A DNA stretch of 28,338 nucleotides from positions 1 to 28,338 of IMG/VR virus record IMGVR_UViG_3300037856_000006. One strand, written 5' to 3'. A model generated the notes under the pieces. The model had not been told where the DNA came from. It made no database searches and saw only the letters and a program-made list of their open reading frames with translations. Positions 8,303-16,390 of this stretch are shown here, in pieces. The DNA comes from a virus (taxonomy: Duplodnaviria; Caudoviricetes). The stretch's first letter is position 1. Each line of letters opens with the position of its first letter. The position numbers and the translations under genes are program-made.

Positions 8303-8365
8303 GTTGCCCGCATCGTTTTTTGACTGTGCGGGTTTTGTTTTGTCCCCTAGATGGAGGCGAGCCAG

Positions 8366-8743
8366 ATGAGCTTGCAGCAAGAGTTAAACCAGCCCGGTTT
8401 TCGCAATTTCCACGTTGATCGTTTTGGGAGCGTTGTAGCGATTGATGAGCCGGGCGCAGGCGGCGCAAATCATGAGTACGTGGTTTATGCGCCAGACAGC
8501 ACCGAACGGCGTTTGGAAGTAAGCTTTCAAAACGGCCCGCTGAATGAGGCTGGCATTAACGGAACAACCAACGAGCATTTGTTGGCGATCCTCATTGATC
8601 GCATGCGTGCATTCCAATCAGGGCCGTTTACCTGCCGTGAGAATGCGCTGGCGCTAACAAAACTGGAAGAAGCAGTCATGTGGCTCAATCAGCGCACGGC
8701 CAATCGTGAGGCGCATGGCGTTGAGGGAACGCACGAAGTCTGA
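8366..8743 (+). CDS. tad1: Tad1-family (Thoeris/CBASS anti-defence) cyclic-nucleotide sponge
   Basis: GGAGG at 8353-8357 before ATG 8366. 125 aa with GAGGANHEY, FQNGP, LLAILIDRMRAFQSGPFTCRENALALTKLEEAVMWLNQR..R..GVEGT, collinear with Tad1 sequences as I recall them. Confidence 0.88.
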   Translation: MSLQQELNQPGFRNFHVDRFGSVVAIDEPGAGGANHEYVVYAPDSTERRLEVSFQNGPLNEAGINGTTNEHLLAILIDRMRAFQSGPFTCRENALALTKLEEAVMWLNQRTANREAHGVEGTHEV

Positions 8744-9003
8744 TGAGCAACGATAACGTTGTTAGATTGACCGGTGATGCTGCGCCCCAAGCGAAAGTGG
8801 TCAACGCTGAGGTGGTTGCAGCGCTTGAGAAGGCGTTGGAGCGGGCCAAGAGCGGCAACATGCATGACGTGGTGCTCGCTTGGGTCGATAGCCAAGACGT
8901 TGCCACTTATCAGGCTGTGACTTCTGGCGGCTTTGAAATCGTCGGCGCGCTTGAGTGCGCCAAAGCTGCCATCGTTCATGACGTCGTGGTTGATGATGAC
9001 TGA
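8743..9003 (+). CDS. Hypothetical phage protein (86 aa)
   Basis: TGATG coupling to tad1. Amphipathic VVAALEKALERAKSG and IVGALECAK. Confidence 0.75.
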   Translation: MSNDNVVRLTGDAAPQAKVVNAEVVAALEKALERAKSGNMHDVVLAWVDSQDVATYQAVTSGGFEIVGALECAKAAIVHDVVVDDD

Positions 9004-9214
9004 AACCAGATATGCGGGCCAAGTGCTTGTCTTGATGGATGAGGCCACAGTGATACTTGAAGGCGGTCAGTCAATTCCCGTTGAACAATGGTTTGATGTA
9101 GACGGCGAAGACTGTGGCCCAGACGAAGCTGTGTCATGCGTTGCCGGTCCAGACAGCGAAAACAACTGGCTGGCCATCAACCTTGATGCGCTGGAAGACG
9201 TGAGCGAGCAGTGA
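8993..9214 (+). CDS. Small, highly acidic hypothetical protein (73 aa)
   Basis: ATG at 8993/8996 overlaps the previous gene and the stop overlaps the terS start. 17 D/E versus one R and no K. Confidence 0.7.
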   Translation: MMTETRYAGQVLVLMDEATVILEGGQSIPVEQWFDVDGEDCGPDEAVSCVAGPDSENNWLAINLDALEDVSEQ

Positions 9215-9729
9215 TGCCAGCCAAGAAGCACCAGGGCAAAGGTCATCCGACCTACAAAGCCTCGTTTGCCAAGCAGGCTGAGGTGATGTGCCGGCTCGGA
9301 GCGACCGACGCTGAGCTTGCTGAGGCGCTTGGCGTTTCCACCTTCACCATCAAGGACTGGCGCACTCGGCACCCAGCGTTTGGTGAAGCCTGTAAGCTTG
9401 GCAAAGATGCTGCCGATGATCGCGTGGAGATGGCGCTCTACAACCGCGCTGTTGGATACACATTCGACAGCGAAAAGGTGTTTTGCTCGGAGGGCGAGGT
9501 GCTTCGTGCGGCTATCAAAGAGCATGTGCCACCGGACGTGAACGCCATTCGGTTTTGGCTAATGAATCGCCGTCCCGATCTTTGGCGGTCTCTGCAAGGC
9601 GAACTGCCAAGCGGTGACGGTGATGATGCGCCCGCGCGTACATCTGAGGACATTGCCAAAGATGTCATGCGCAAGCTGGCCAAGGCTGCTGATGGTGGTC
9701 GTGACGGTGGGGCTAAGTTGCACTCGTGA
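9214..9729 (+). CDS. terS: Terminase small subunit
   Basis: GHPTY..., HTH GATDAELAEALGVSTFTIKDW, VEMALYNRAVGY, PPDVNAIRFWLMNRRP. Lies directly before terL. Confidence 0.88.
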   Translation: MPAKKHQGKGHPTYKASFAKQAEVMCRLGATDAELAEALGVSTFTIKDWRTRHPAFGEACKLGKDAADDRVEMALYNRAVGYTFDSEKVFCSEGEVLRAAIKEHVPPDVNAIRFWLMNRRPDLWRSLQGELPSGDGDDAPARTSEDIAKDVMRKLAKAADGGRDGGAKLHS

Positions 9730-11333
9730 GCACGGCCCAGGCGGTTGCTGACCTCGCCAAGTTGATCGAGGGCATGCCGGCTGATGAAGTTGCTGAACTA
9801 GAGGATCTGATAGCCGACGAGGCGCAGGCGGTTTGGAAGCCCGAACCTGGCCCGCAGCTTGATGCGTTCGTTTCGCCTGCTGACCTGATGCTCTACGGCG
9901 GTGCAGCGGGTGGCGGTAAGACGGACCTGCTGCTTGGTCTGGCGCTGACGGCGCATGAAAAGTCACTGTTGTTTCGTCGGCAATCAACGGACCTAGATGG
10001 CCTTTGGGATCGGTTGCTTGAGATCGGTCAGCCAATTCAAGCGACCAGCGACAGCAACAAGAAGAAGTTGCGCACCAAGGATGGCCGCACGATTGAAGGC
10101 GGACACCTTGAGAAGCCGCGTGCAGAGTTTTCGTGGCAGGGCCGTCCGCATGATCTGATCGGCTTTGATGAAGGCGCGCAGATACCGCCGGCCAAGATGG
10201 TGTTCGTCATGGGCTGGCTGCGCTCTGCAACGGGCCATCGGTGCCGGGCCGTCATTGCGACCAACCCACCTATGGGCGGTGATGGCGCCTATCTGTTGGA
10301 GTGGTTTGCTCCTTGGCTTGATCCGATGTTTGCGGACAAGGCCGAGCCGGGTGAGCTTCGGTATGCGTACTTTGAAGGCGTAGGAGACCAGATTAACACT
10401 GTTTGGGTGAACAGTGATGATGTTGTCGAGGATGCGCGCACTGGCGGGCATCACGTCATCATCGATGGCAAACAGAAAGAGGTTCGCTCACGGACGTTCA
10501 TCCCGTCCAAGTTGGATGACAATCCATACCTGCGCGACACCAGCTATCGTGCCCAGATCGACAGCCTTCCAGAGCCTATGCGCACCCAGCTTCTGGATGG
10601 CGACTTTCTCGCTGGGCAGGAAGATCATGCCTGGCAGATCATTCCAACGGCCTGGGTTTACGCTGCTCAGGATCGCTGGAAGCGCAAGATGCAGGAGTTG
10701 GGTGGACGCCAACCACGCATGCTTAATCTGTCGTGTGATGCGGCGATGGGCGGCGCTGACAACGCCACCATTGCTCGGCTCTGTGAAGATGCCTTGTTTG
10801 AGGCAATGCTTCGCAAACCAGGCCGCGAAATCACTGACGGTCAAACGTTGGCCCAGTGGATGGTTAAGCACCGCCGCAACGGTGCGGACATGTCGATTGA
10901 TGCAACCGGGGGCTGGGGGCTTTCGGCTAAGGAGCACTTGCAAACGCATATGAGCATCGGCTGCGCCGGACTCATCGCAAGTGGCAAATCAGGCGGCATC
11001 GCCAAGGGAAACAACCTTACGTTCCTGAACCAGCGCGCTGAGTGGTGGTGGCGGATGCGTGAGGCGCTTGATCCCAAAGAGGGCGACAATGTTGCCCTGC
11101 CGCCAGATACCCAGGTGACCGCTCAACTGACGGCTCCGCGCTGGGAATTGAAGGGCACCACGATCAAGGTGGAGTCCAAGGAAGAGATCAAAAAACGCCT
11201 TGGCTCATCGACTGATGATGCTGATGCCATTGTGCAAGCGTGGTCGAGGCGCGGCGCCATGCCGATCACGCTGCCACAGCAAATGGACGCTTGGGCCGAA
11301 ACCGCAGAAGATGATTGGAATCCGTATGAGTGA
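9726..11333 (+). CDS. terL: Terminase large subunit
   Basis: YGGAAGGGKT Walker A, LIGFDE Walker B, ATNPP coupling motif, nuclease acidic motifs CDAAMGGAD, SIDATG, STDDADA. Confidence 0.96.
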   Translation: MSTAQAVADLAKLIEGMPADEVAELEDLIADEAQAVWKPEPGPQLDAFVSPADLMLYGGAAGGGKTDLLLGLALTAHEKSLLFRRQSTDLDGLWDRLLEIGQPIQATSDSNKKKLRTKDGRTIEGGHLEKPRAEFSWQGRPHDLIGFDEGAQIPPAKMVFVMGWLRSATGHRCRAVIATNPPMGGDGAYLLEWFAPWLDPMFADKAEPGELRYAYFEGVGDQINTVWVNSDDVVEDARTGGHHVIIDGKQKEVRSRTFIPSKLDDNPYLRDTSYRAQIDSLPEPMRTQLLDGDFLAGQEDHAWQIIPTAWVYAAQDRWKRKMQELGGRQPRMLNLSCDAAMGGADNATIARLCEDALFEAMLRKPGREITDGQTLAQWMVKHRRNGADMSIDATGGWGLSAKEHLQTHMSIGCAGLIASGKSGGIAKGNNLTFLNQRAEWWWRMREALDPKEGDNVALPPDTQVTAQLTAPRWELKGTTIKVESKEEIKKRLGSSTDDADAIVQAWSRRGAMPITLPQQMDAWAETAEDDWNPYE

Positions 11334-11568
11334 CGAAAGCCGCGGCTTCATCATTGCGATGCTCGGCGCGATCTACTGCGCCATGTTGTTCGCTGGTGGC
11401 ATGTGGTCCGATGCGCCGTTTGTGATGGTGTCGTCCATGCTGTCGCTCGGCGCAGCCTATGTCGCTTGGCAGGTTTATCATTTGCGCTTCGTGCCCGAGG
11501 CGCTGAGTATCGCATCACTTGGGCTCGGTGTGGCGAGCACCGCTCTGCTGATCAGCCATTTGACGTGA
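11326..11568 (+). CDS. Small membrane protein (80 aa, about 3 hydrophobic segments)
   Basis: ATG 11326 overlaps the terL end and the stop overlaps the next GTG. Three hydrophobic stretches. Confidence 0.65.
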   Translation: MSDESRGFIIAMLGAIYCAMLFAGGMWSDAPFVMVSSMLSLGAAYVAWQVYHLRFVPEALSIASLGLGVASTALLISHLT

Positions 11569-12077
11569 TCGAGATTCATCCGGCAACGCGCCGGGATGTG
11601 ACCTACGTTGCAGTCAACATGCGCGAGCATGACCAGCGCGAGGTGCTTGGCGTGCTGCCCGATTGGATGGCGCCAGGCATCGCGGGGCTTATGTGCTTTG
11701 AGGCATCGCCCGAAGGCTTTGCTTGGGTTGCGTCTTACAAAGGATCGCCTGCCTGTGCCTTTGGTGTTGCACCACAGTCTGCCGTGACGCCGTGGCTTTG
11801 GTCGGCTTGGGCGTTCGGAACCAACGAAATGCGCCGAACCATTCCGGCAGTATCGCGCTTTGCCAAGCGTGTGTGGCCTCGCGCCTTGCCTGAGGCGGGT
11901 GCGACGCGCGTTGAGGTGCGATCGCTGGTCGATCACGACATTGCTCATCACTGGCTTGCCGGTCTTGGCGCTCGTCGCGAGGGGCTTTGCGAGGGGTATG
12001 GGCGTGACGGCGAAGACTACGAACTTTGGGCTTGGTTGAAGAAGGATTTTGAGCATGTGCTTCATGAAAGCGCCTAA
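11565..12077 (+). CDS. GNAT-fold / T7 gp13-like (internal virion protein A-like) protein
   Basis: GTG 11565 (GTGA overlap). VAVNMREHDQREV, ACAFG, AWAFGT, AHHWLAGLGARREG match the phage GNAT-like family near podovirus portal genes. Confidence 0.7.
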   Translation: MIEIHPATRRDVTYVAVNMREHDQREVLGVLPDWMAPGIAGLMCFEASPEGFAWVASYKGSPACAFGVAPQSAVTPWLWSAWAFGTNEMRRTIPAVSRFAKRVWPRALPEAGATRVEVRSLVDHDIAHHWLAGLGARREGLCEGYGRDGEDYELWAWLKKDFEHVLHESA

Positions 12078-12288
12078 GCCAGCACCGGCGCCGACGCCGC
12101 CTGCAACGCGGGATGGCGACAGTGCAGAAATGCGTGCGCGGGAAGAAGAGGACCGCCGACGCGCAAGGCAAAGCCAAGGCCGTCGCTCGACCATTCTCAC
12201 GAGCGGCACAGGCGCTGCTGGCTTTGATCAGGTTGGTGGGCGCGCGACACTGCTTGGACAGTCTAACGGCACAGGTCGGGCTGCTTAA
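12055..12288 (+). CDS. Small virion protein (T7 gp6.7/7.3-like position)
   Basis: AAGGA RBS. MCF..PKPAPAP N-terminus, GRRSTILT and TLLG motifs typical of pre-portal podovirus proteins. Confidence 0.72.
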   Translation: MCFMKAPKPAPAPTPPATRDGDSAEMRAREEEDRRRARQSQGRRSTILTSGTGAAGFDQVGGRATLLGQSNGTGRAA

Positions 12289-12290
12289 GC

Positions 12291-14054
12291 ATGACCATCG
12301 CCGCTGATCTCATGTCGCGGGCAGCACAACTGTCCGATGACCGTCAGGGCTTTGAAGCCGATTGGGATGAGATCGCGCGCTATTGTCTGCCGCAGGCTGA
12401 GACAAGCTCAAACCGGCATGACTTTCGCCGCCTTGATCAGAAGCTCAACAACCGATCGCGTGCTGTGCAACGTGCGCCGGAGGTGTTTGATAGCTCGTCC
12501 ATCACTTTGGTGACGCGCCTTGCCGCCGGCATGGAGAGTTTGACCGCGCCGCAGGCTGAAAAGTGGCACGGATTGGACGTTGATGATCCGTTTGGTGCCG
12601 CTTTGGTTGATGCCGACGAGGAATGGCTCGAACGGGTTCGTGATTATCAGTTCACGGCACGCTATGACCCGCGCTCAGGTTTCCAAACAGCGTTTCAGAG
12701 TTCGCTACGTCGCCAGATCGCTTTTGGCACAGCCATTGTTGAAACCGAAGAGGCGTTCGGCGCTGCGAACCAAAGCGGCGTTGCCGTGCCGGTCTACTAT
12801 CGGCACATCCCGCTTGCGCAATGCTACCTGGCAACCAACGCACAAGGCGTAACAGATACCAATTTTCGTCGCTTTTCGATGACGGCACGCCAATTGGTTG
12901 AAAAGTTCGGCGCGGATAAGGTGTCGGAAAAGGTCAAGGCCGCTGCTGAGGATGAAAAGCGGCGCGATGAGCCCGTTGATCTGCTGCATGCCACGATGCC
13001 GCGAGCTGAGGCGGGATCCTCGCGCGGCAGCAATCGCAACAGTCCTTTTGCCACGTACTGGCTTGAGGTCGATACCAAGCACCTGATCACCGATGGCGGG
13101 TTCTTCGAGTTCCCCTATCACGTGTTTTACTGGGAGCAGCGCGACGACAGCGCCTATGGCGAAAGCCCTGTCATGCAGGCTCTTGCCGATATTCGTCGTT
13201 TTCAGAACATGTCCAAGCACGGCTTGCGTGCTTTCCAGCAATGGACCGATCCGCCGCTAGCAACGGTTGCCGATGGCCAGATGAAGCGGCCTAATCTCAA
13301 TCCGCGCGCTCTGAATCCCGGTGCGTTGGATGAGCGTGGTGAGTTTCGTGTTCGCCCGTTGGTGACGGCGCAGCGGCCCGACTTCGCTCTTGAGATATTG
13401 AATGCGCAGAAAGAGAACCTGCGCGAGAGCCTCTACATCAATCTGTTCCAGGCGATGATCGATCGGCCTGACAGCACCGCGACGGCGGCGATGATCCGCG
13501 CAGACGAAAAAGCGCAGTTGCTCGGCCCAGCGGGCGCGAAGATTCACGGTGCGCTTGCCTCAATGATCGAGCGTGAGTTTGCCATCATGACCCGCAAGGG
13601 TGCGTTTGAAACTGGCAGTCGCCTTGCGCCGCCTGAGACGCTTCAAGATCGCGAAATCAAGGTGAAGTTCACCTCGCCGCTCGATCGTATGCGCCGATCC
13701 AATGAGGTGCTGGGCATTCAGCAGACGCTAGAGATGGCCGGCGCGCTGGCGCAGCTTAAGGGCAGTCCTGCTGTGCTGGATCGCATCGATGAAGAGAAGG
13801 CTCTCGACATTACCCGCGAGGTGGTTGGCGCGCCTGCTGGCATGATGCGCGACGATGAAAGCGTTGAGAGAATTCGCGCCAATCGTGCTGACCAGCAACA
13901 GATGGTGGCTGCACAGCAAGCCATGCAATTGGTTCAAGGCACATCGCAATCAGCTTCGGCGGCAAGCCAAGCTATGAGTGATGTGAGCCAGGCCGCGAAC
14001 GAAAACCCTGAGATGGCTGAGATGCTGGCCGAAGCGGCGGCAGCAGCCGGATAG
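12291..14054 (+). CDS. Portal protein (head-tail connector, T7 gp8-like)
   Basis: 587 aa. WDEIARYCLP, AFGTA, GFFEFPY..W..AYGESP, TATAA..RADEK..LLGP, KFTSPL. Confidence 0.94.
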   Translation: MTIAADLMSRAAQLSDDRQGFEADWDEIARYCLPQAETSSNRHDFRRLDQKLNNRSRAVQRAPEVFDSSSITLVTRLAAGMESLTAPQAEKWHGLDVDDPFGAALVDADEEWLERVRDYQFTARYDPRSGFQTAFQSSLRRQIAFGTAIVETEEAFGAANQSGVAVPVYYRHIPLAQCYLATNAQGVTDTNFRRFSMTARQLVEKFGADKVSEKVKAAAEDEKRRDEPVDLLHATMPRAEAGSSRGSNRNSPFATYWLEVDTKHLITDGGFFEFPYHVFYWEQRDDSAYGESPVMQALADIRRFQNMSKHGLRAFQQWTDPPLATVADGQMKRPNLNPRALNPGALDERGEFRVRPLVTAQRPDFALEILNAQKENLRESLYINLFQAMIDRPDSTATAAMIRADEKAQLLGPAGAKIHGALASMIEREFAIMTRKGAFETGSRLAPPETLQDREIKVKFTSPLDRMRRSNEVLGIQQTLEMAGALAQLKGSPAVLDRIDEEKALDITREVVGAPAGMMRDDESVERIRANRADQQQMVAAQQAMQLVQGTSQSASAASQAMSDVSQAANENPEMAEMLAEAAAAAG

Positions 14055-14055
14055 C

Positions 14056-14385
14056 ATGCAGAGCCTCGCGAGCTTGTTTGAACCTGGCAAACGCCGCCGG
14101 GCAGCGGCGCAGTTGCGTCTGGCGCAGGCCTATCAAGCCACGTTCACCGGCAACGCCACCAGCGAAGACGCTGAGATGGTCTTGGCCGATCTGACCAATG
14201 TTTCGGGCTTCTACGCCGTTGAGGACGCCAACGTCTCAGCGACAGCCCGCGCTTTTGCTGACGGACGGCGCGACTTGATGCGTCGCATCTTGTCCATGTC
14301 AGTGCACACGCCGGAGCAGCGCCAAGCGCTGTTTAAGGCAGTTCAGGCCGAAGAAGAGGCCGACAACCAAGAGGGATACACATGA
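14056..14385 (+). CDS. Bbp19-like phage protein
   Basis: YQATF..DAEMVLADL..AFADGRR, located between portal and scaffold. Confidence 0.7.
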   Translation: MQSLASLFEPGKRRRAAAQLRLAQAYQATFTGNATSEDAEMVLADLTNVSGFYAVEDANVSATARAFADGRRDLMRRILSMSVHTPEQRQALFKAVQAEEEADNQEGYT

Positions 14386-15278
14386 CCGATTCAACCGCGA
14401 ATGGGCCGGAAGCCACTGCAACTGCTGATGCAGCAGCCGCAGCGACAACCGACAACCGCGCCGGTGAAACCTCCACCACGCTTAATGGGTCTGGTGATGG
14501 TGGAGGCGACTGGCTGGCTGGCCTTTCCGAAGACAACCGCAGCTTGGTCGAAGCGAAGAAGTGGGGTGACAAAGGCCCTGATGCCGTTCTGAACGGTTAT
14601 CGGGAGTTAGAAGCTCACGCATCGAAGGCCCTTGTTCCACCCAGTGAAGATGCAAAGCCAGAAGATTGGGATGCGTTTTACAGCAAGTTGGGCCGTCCTG
14701 AGACGCCAGATGGGTATGAGTTCAAGCTCCCCGAAGGCGTTCCCGAGGACATGCCCTACGATGATACGCTGAAAACGGAATTCCAAACGTGGGCGCATGA
14801 GGCTGGGCTGACGCCGAAGCAGGCCGCGATGATGCACGACAAGTATGTGCAGCAGGCCGGTCAACAATACTCCACCGCCGTCGAGGACACGGCCACCAAG
14901 GTCACCGGTGCGCATGATGAGCTGATCAAGGCTTGGGGTGATCCCGGCTCTGAGAAGTATCAGCGCAACGTTGAGTTGGCGGATCGTGCCATTCGGCAGC
15001 TAGGTGGAGAGGAACTTCGCAACGAATTGAAGCAGTTTGGCTTCATGACGGACAAAGGCGAAGTGGCGTCAGCCAAGATCACTCAGATGCTCGCGACCAT
15101 TGGTGAGCAGCTTTACGCCGAGGATGCTGTCTATGCCGGTCCAACCGCGACGGAGAACCCCTTCGCAGACGGCAAGCAGAACCTCACGGAGCAAGGCAAG
15201 ATCGTTCGCAGCGACCCGAAACGCGCCAAGGCACTCATTCAGGCGGCAGGCAAGAATCCTGCGCTCTACGGCCTTTAG
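14382..15278 (+). CDS. Capsid assembly scaffolding protein
   Basis: Acidic low-complexity N-terminus, WDAFYSKLGRPETPDGY, AHEAGLTPKQA, LIKAWG. Directly upstream of the capsid gene. Confidence 0.82.
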   Translation: MTDSTANGPEATATADAAAAATTDNRAGETSTTLNGSGDGGGDWLAGLSEDNRSLVEAKKWGDKGPDAVLNGYRELEAHASKALVPPSEDAKPEDWDAFYSKLGRPETPDGYEFKLPEGVPEDMPYDDTLKTEFQTWAHEAGLTPKQAAMMHDKYVQQAGQQYSTAVEDTATKVTGAHDELIKAWGDPGSEKYQRNVELADRAIRQLGGEELRNELKQFGFMTDKGEVASAKITQMLATIGEQLYAEDAVYAGPTATENPFADGKQNLTEQGKIVRSDPKRAKALIQAAGKNPALYGL

Positions 15279-15303
15279 CGCTTTTTCGTAAGGAGCAATC
15301 CAA

Positions 15304-16320
15304 ATGGCGACTACGCGCCTCTCTGATGTCATCGTGCCGGAGGTTTTCTTCCCGTACATGATGACCGAAACGATGGAGAAGACTGCGTTTTTCCAGTCTG
15401 GCATCATCAAGGAAGACCCTGCCTTGCAGGCTTTCATCGCAGGCGGCGGTCAAACGACCAACGTTCCCTCGTTCTCTGACCTGTCTGACGCAACCGAAGC
15501 CGGCATTGGTTCGGATGATCCGGCGGTTAAGAGCACACCGGATAAGATCGGTTCGTTCAAACAGATCGGCATTCGCAATATCCGCACCAAATCTTGGTCT
15601 GATATGGACCTGGTGCGCGAGATGATTGGCGAAAACCCGATGCAGGCCATCGCCAGTCGCGTTGCGCCGTGGTGGGGCCGGTCGTTCCAGCGGTATCTGA
15701 TCTCGTCTATGCGCGGCATCATTGCGGACAACGTGGCCAACGACAGCAACGATATGGTTGTCGATATCGGCACAGATGGCGCTGGGGCGATAACTGCTGC
15801 TGAGCTTATCTCTGCCGAGGCCATCATTGATGCGCAGGGCACGATGGGCGATGCGGCGGATTCGCTGAGTGCGATTGCGATGCACTCGGTGGTCTATAAC
15901 CGGCTTCTGAAAGAAGACTTGATCGACTTTATCCCCGACAGTCAGGGCAAAGTGCAGTTCCCGACTTATCTGGGCTATCGGGTCATCAAGGATGACAGCA
16001 TGCCAGCCGTGGCCGGCACAAACCGCGTCAAATACCACACCTATCTGTTTGCAGAGGGTGCGGTGTCTTATGCGGAATCGCCGGTGGCTGTGCCTGTGGA
16101 GCCGGATCGCAATCCTGATGCCGGTAACGGCACTGGTCAGGAGATTCTGTACACCCGTCGCCAGTTCATCCTGCACCCGCAGGGCTTTTCGTTCACGGCT
16201 GCCGGCACGATTGCCGGTCAGTTCCCGACGAACGCCGAGCTTGAGGCGGCTGGTAGCTGGGATCGCGTCTATCCAGAGCGCAAACAGGTGCCGATTGCTG
16301 TGCTGATTACCAACGGCTAA
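15304..16320 (+). CDS. Major capsid protein
   Basis: TAAGGAG RBS. 338 aa, TTRLSDVIVPEVF, IIDAQGTMGD, AMHSVVY, TYLGYRVIKDD, RRQFILHPQG. Followed by a terminator. Confidence 0.93.
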   Translation: MATTRLSDVIVPEVFFPYMMTETMEKTAFFQSGIIKEDPALQAFIAGGGQTTNVPSFSDLSDATEAGIGSDDPAVKSTPDKIGSFKQIGIRNIRTKSWSDMDLVREMIGENPMQAIASRVAPWWGRSFQRYLISSMRGIIADNVANDSNDMVVDIGTDGAGAITAAELISAEAIIDAQGTMGDAADSLSAIAMHSVVYNRLLKEDLIDFIPDSQGKVQFPTYLGYRVIKDDSMPAVAGTNRVKYHTYLFAEGAVSYAESPVAVPVEPDRNPDAGNGTGQEILYTRRQFILHPQGFSFTAAGTIAGQFPTNAELEAAGSWDRVYPERKQVPIAVLITNG

Positions 16321-16346
16321 CGCCGCTGGCAGCATCGACTGAAACG

Positions 16347-16376
16347 AAGGGCGTCCGGCAACGGGCGTCCTTTTTT
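16347..16376 (+). terminator. Intrinsic terminator after capsid gene (GCAA tetraloop)
   Basis: AAGGGCGTCCG-GCAA-CGGGCGTCCTT followed by a T run. Confidence 0.88.
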
Positions 16377-16390
16377 CATTGGAGAGAACA

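Noticed and set aside
8236-8350. tRNA or known riboswitch in the late leader
   Set aside because: No cloverleaf, T-loop or recognisable aptamer. Only short hairpins and a terminator are visible.
16290-16346. T7 10A/10B-style capsid frameshift or readthrough
   Set aside because: No slippery sequence is evident, and the TAA stop is followed closely by a terminator.
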